A stretch of 64,000 nucleotides of DNA from Chrysomallon squamiferum (lineage: Eukaryota > Animalia > Mollusca), in the NCBI GenBank assembly GCA_012295275.1, contig CM022676.1, forward strand, positions 6,882,001-6,946,000, read 5' to 3'. The translations under genes and the position numbers were made by a program. The notes beneath the pieces were generated by a model that was given only the letters and a program-made list of their open reading frames with translations, made no database searches and was not told where the DNA came from. Below are positions 59,691-64,000 of this stretch, in pieces; position 1 is the first letter of the stretch; every line of letters begins with the position of its first letter.

Positions 59691-62600
59691 TGTAGTGATG
59701 GTGGTAACAGTTTTATATGATGCAATAATGACTGAAGTTGCTGTGGTGGCATTTGCTATAATAACAGTAGTGACAGCAGCAGCAGTTGTAGGAGTAGTAA
59801 TAGTAGCAGCAGCAGAAGTAATAGTAGTACTAGCAGTAACATCATTAGTAAGTAATACTAACACAGTAGTTGTAGTTTGTTGTAGTGATGGTAACATTTA
59901 TCCATAAAAAGTTACAGGAAGATATTTTTTTTTAAGCTTTACAAAAGAAATGTATTTAATTTTTAAATTTTATTTCATTAATGTTTCAGGTTGCATGAGT
60001 TCACCTGGCATGGAATGGACACTCAAGTTCAAGGTCGAATGGTTCCTGGAAAGAATTGTTTTACACAACTCACCACAATTCCAGATCACTTTTATTACAA
60101 TGTATGTATATTTCCTGTTTGCACTTAACGAATTTTAAAAATAGACATACATGATTATTTTTTTAATCCATTTATTTAAGCTGCTTATTGTCTCATGGTT
60201 TGTACCAAATTGTGACCAGCATTACAGAAATTTATCTGTTATAGCCAAAAATATGAAATTTCCTATAAAAACAGTTTTTAATAAAATAAACAAGTATCAT
60301 ATTTTTCTAATTAAATTATGTTATGTTAAACAGGTACGAGATGTAAGAACTAATGATGATACAATGATCACTGTCAAACTGATGCTGTTTTATCAACTCT
60401 CTGATGTTCTGGAAATGGTAAGTCTGAAAAATATTTTATAAATAAATAGCAATGATTTATTTAAAGTGTCGAGAAAGTGAATGCATTTTATAAACAGTTA
60501 CATTGTTGTTGTATTTTTTTTTTTTTTTTTAATGTTTTCCTATGGGGTGAGTCTAAATACATTTTAAAAATTTTGAAAATTTTGTTTTATTTGATTCCTT
60601 TAACATGCACAGTGGTATGTACAACTAGTATAAATGCAGTCTGTACTCTTAAGTTATTGTAATATTTTGTTTATTGAAACCAACCTTTAATAATAATAAA
60701 GTATAATAAAAGCTGAAATAAGAAAGAAACGTGTCAGTTTTAATTATGAAAATAAATTTTTAAAATTTAGTTTCTTTATCAATAGAATAATTCCTACATT
60801 TTCATTTCATTTTATTTTAATATGTAAGGCTTAAATAAGGGACATATTTTGTTCTCTTTGATTTTGTAGATTGCAATATTAGTTGTTCAGAAATGATTAT
60901 CTGTCTATTAACTAGTGTTCTGTTTAATTTCTGTTTTTAGCTGAATGCAACCCAAGATCCTATATCAGATATGATAAAGTGAGTATTTTCATTTACAGTG
61001 CGTGTGTGTGCTTGTATAGATTTCTGTAAATAAATAAATAAGTAAATTAATAAATGAGTAACTAAATACATTTTTTGTTCATAAAATTAAAATAATAACA
61101 CCATGGCAGTACAGTAGATACAAACTTGTATTGCATTTATTTACTGTTTAAAGATGTTTTAAAATGACTTTTGAGGGGAATTACTTGCTATTTTAGTTAT
61201 TAAAATGATTGATGTTATATTTATTTATTTGTTTGTTAGGTTGGTTTTTAGTTTTAAATAAAGATTTATTTTTCATTGTTTGTTTATTTAAATAGACAAT
61301 TATTTTATGTATATCTGTCTATGCATACATGCATGCATACATACATACATACATACATACATACATACATACATACATACATACATACATACATACATTT
61401 ATTTACTTGTTTATTTATTTTCAGTGCTCTGTGTGCTGATGTGATTGCATTCGTTGGCAAACTGAGGTCAGTTCATCTTCTAGTTTCTTTTATTATTTTT
61501 TTTTTAAAAATTATTATTAACCATATTTTGAGTTAAAGCTCTAAACATATTTACAAATCTTTTTTTACTAAACTAATATTTATATTTTTAAAAATTATTG
61601 ATAGAAAATAAACCAAAAAATAAAAGGAAAGAAGAAAAAACAAATCTTTTGTCTAATGATCACACAGTAACTTGACAATAATAAGAAAAAGAAAAATGAT
61701 AACTATGATGACAACAATTAAGATGTTGATGATAAAAATAAATAACAATAATAAGCAGGAGAAGAAGAAGAAGAAGAAAATAATGACAATAATAGCATTG
61801 ATGATAATGATAATAATATTAATGATGATGATAATTAGTAACAATAATAATGGTACTAATAATTATGATGATGATGATTATAAAATAATAATAATAACAA
61901 CAAACAGTTTTATTACAGTTTTGTCAAATTCCTTGAACAGACCCATCTCCTAAATGACCTTGACACATACAGTCAGTTGAAACAAAGGTCGGCCAGGATA
62001 GGATTTACTATCAACAAGGTCGTGTATTGTGGATACCATTCCTCTGACTATCTCCAGGTACTGGCAATAGTTTATGAATCTGTTTGTTTTTATGACAGTA
62101 ATAATGATGATGATAATGATGATGATGATGATAATATCTATAATAACAATAATGAGAACAATAATAATTGTAATAATATTAATGATAATATAATGAAAAT
62201 GAAATAATAATAATAACAATAACAATAGCAATCTCTGTTCTTCTAGTCCATGCAGAACAATGCTATAGAGTCTAGAACTCAGATGAGGCTGAATGCTGAA
62301 CTTGAAGATCAAAAACAGAAGATAACTGATTTCAAGCTGTCAAAGGAACAAGATCGTATGAAATTCAGTGAGTTACAAACAGTTAACTATTTCAGTAACA
62401 CAACTGAGAGTATTAGAACATAGAGTCTTAATATATCTGTACTTCAGAATAATTTTTCTTCTCTTTGTAACAGCCATTAAATATATTCCCAAGGGTTCCT
62501 GATAGCAAATTAAATCCATTAGGAAGAATAAACAATTTATTTAATGATATCTATTAATGTTAATTTAATATGTATGATAAAGAACCATACTGACAATGCC

Positions 62601-62886
62601 ATACTGAGAGTTAATCTTTGGTTCATTGGTCTAGTAGATGTTTTTCATTGATATGGTAGCCTTTGATAAATTTGTTACATAGCACTGACTAATGTGAAAC
62701 CTTATGTGAACTGATGTGAATTGAACCTTTGGTCACTGATGGGTCTACATCACTAAGTTAAAAACAAAGAAAAAGGAAAGAATGAAAGAATGAAAGAATG
62801 AAAGAAAGGTAGGAAGGAATGAGAAAAAGAATGATGAAGACAGAAAAAGAATAGTGATTATCTGTGTGTGTGTGTGTGTGTGTGTA

Positions 62887-62930
<44 letters not shown>

Positions 62931-63909
62931 TATATATTTGGGAGTGTGTCTTTATGTTTGTATGTGTGTATGTCTTTATGGTTGTGTGTGTATGTGTCTT
63001 TATGTTTGTGTGTCTTTGTGTGTCTTTGTGTATTCTTTTTTAAGTCAGGCGAAGAAAAGATAAACAATAAACAATATTAAACATTTTGGGATTGTGATGA
63101 AAAAATATATGTTGTTGTTGTTGTTGTTTTATTTGTTTATTTTGACATTTTTCAGAACATGAATTAGAAAAATCGCGACAGATTCATTCACAAAAGTTGG
63201 ACGAGCTAATGATGACACATGAGTTAAAGAAACAACAACTACAACATCAGCAGAAAGTACAGCTAGAGAGTGATAAGACAAAAACCAAATTAGGTACAGA
63301 AATTATTATTATCATATCAGAAATGTTTTGAATCAGAATGAACAAATATTCTATAATAATAATTAAGAATATCTTAAAGTTCATTTAGTGAATATTACAA
63401 ATCAGTATTCTTTTAATAAGATTATAAAAATGACAAATAATTCAAAAGTTTAGCCAAATGGCTTTATCAGTATGAAAAATCAATTCCAGAACTTGTTTTA
63501 TTTATTTGTACATTTAGTAAAGCAAGTACTATTTAACATTAAGTGCAGATGTGATATTTATATCTATAAAGAGAAAGAAAGGGAGAGAGATGAAAAGAGA
63601 GAAAGAGAAAGGGAGAGAATATGAGAAAGGGTAGTAAATCTGGACTGGTTTTTTGTGAGGTTGCATTTAAATATTTTTTTTTTTTATTTGTCATTTCTTA
63701 ATATTTAATATTTTTAGATATTTTATCTTATAAATTAATACTTCCTTTTTTTCATATTCAGAACATAAGGCAGCCATAGACAGCAGCCATATTGAATTTC
63801 TGACAAAGGTGAAGGAGCTGGGGTGGATCTGACCAAATACCTCTCCACACAAGTGGACCCTCCAGTCAAGGAGGAAATACAGATCAAAGAAAATGTCAAG
63901 GCCATATGA
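58707..63909 (+). CDS. Uncharacterised major-vault-protein-like / SPFH (band 7) domain protein with C-terminal coiled coil, about 395 aa; 1-nt frameshift in the last exon as assembled
   Basis: 11 GT-AG exons in consistent phase: 58707-58793, 58978-59084, 59412-59582, 59990-60101, 60334-60417, 60941-60978, 61425-61466, 61919-62057, 62247-62367, 63156-63293, 63762-63909. Three GP-containing beta repeats, then IPDHFYYNVRDVRTNDDTMITVKLMLFYQLSD (SPFH/shoulder-like), then an E/K/Q-rich helix. The gene structure is solid; the product call is from remembered similarity. Confidence 0.8.
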
Positions 63910-64000
63910 AATCTAATTCATTTGTCATTTAATTAAACAAAAAATAATATGTGATAAATACACTAAGTAAAACAGCAAAATTTTATTCCTGTCAATTGTA

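Noticed and set aside
62580-62760. Weak inverted repeats in an MVP-like intron as a possible snoRNA
   Set aside because: The stems are short and I could not place convincing C/D or H/ACA boxes.

Overview
AT-rich, microsatellite-dense, intron-rich animal genomic DNA (mollusc/cephalopod-like by composition and protein style; this is inference). Almost all supplied ORFs are simple-repeat artefacts. Reading splice sites by hand gives seven multi-exon genes: (1) a minus-strand VWA-domain protein with a motif-rich disordered N-terminus, running off the left edge; (2,3) two convergent SLC6 glycine/amino-acid-transporter-like paralogues with matching 14-exon structure; (4) ZPR1, with two U12-type introns (one AT-AC, one GT-AG); (5) TOMM40, head-to-head with ZPR1; (6) a small Ly6/quiver-like GPI-anchored three-finger protein with a 1-nt frameshift; (7) a ~395-aa protein resembling a miniature major vault protein (three vault-type repeats, SPFH shoulder, coiled coil). 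The most interesting leads are the mini-MVP-like gene, the KAAT1-like ion-site substitutions and TM6 Trp/Met divergence in the SLC6 pair, the modular VWA protein and the decayed tandem pseudo-exons. No database searches were run; family calls rest on recognised motifs.
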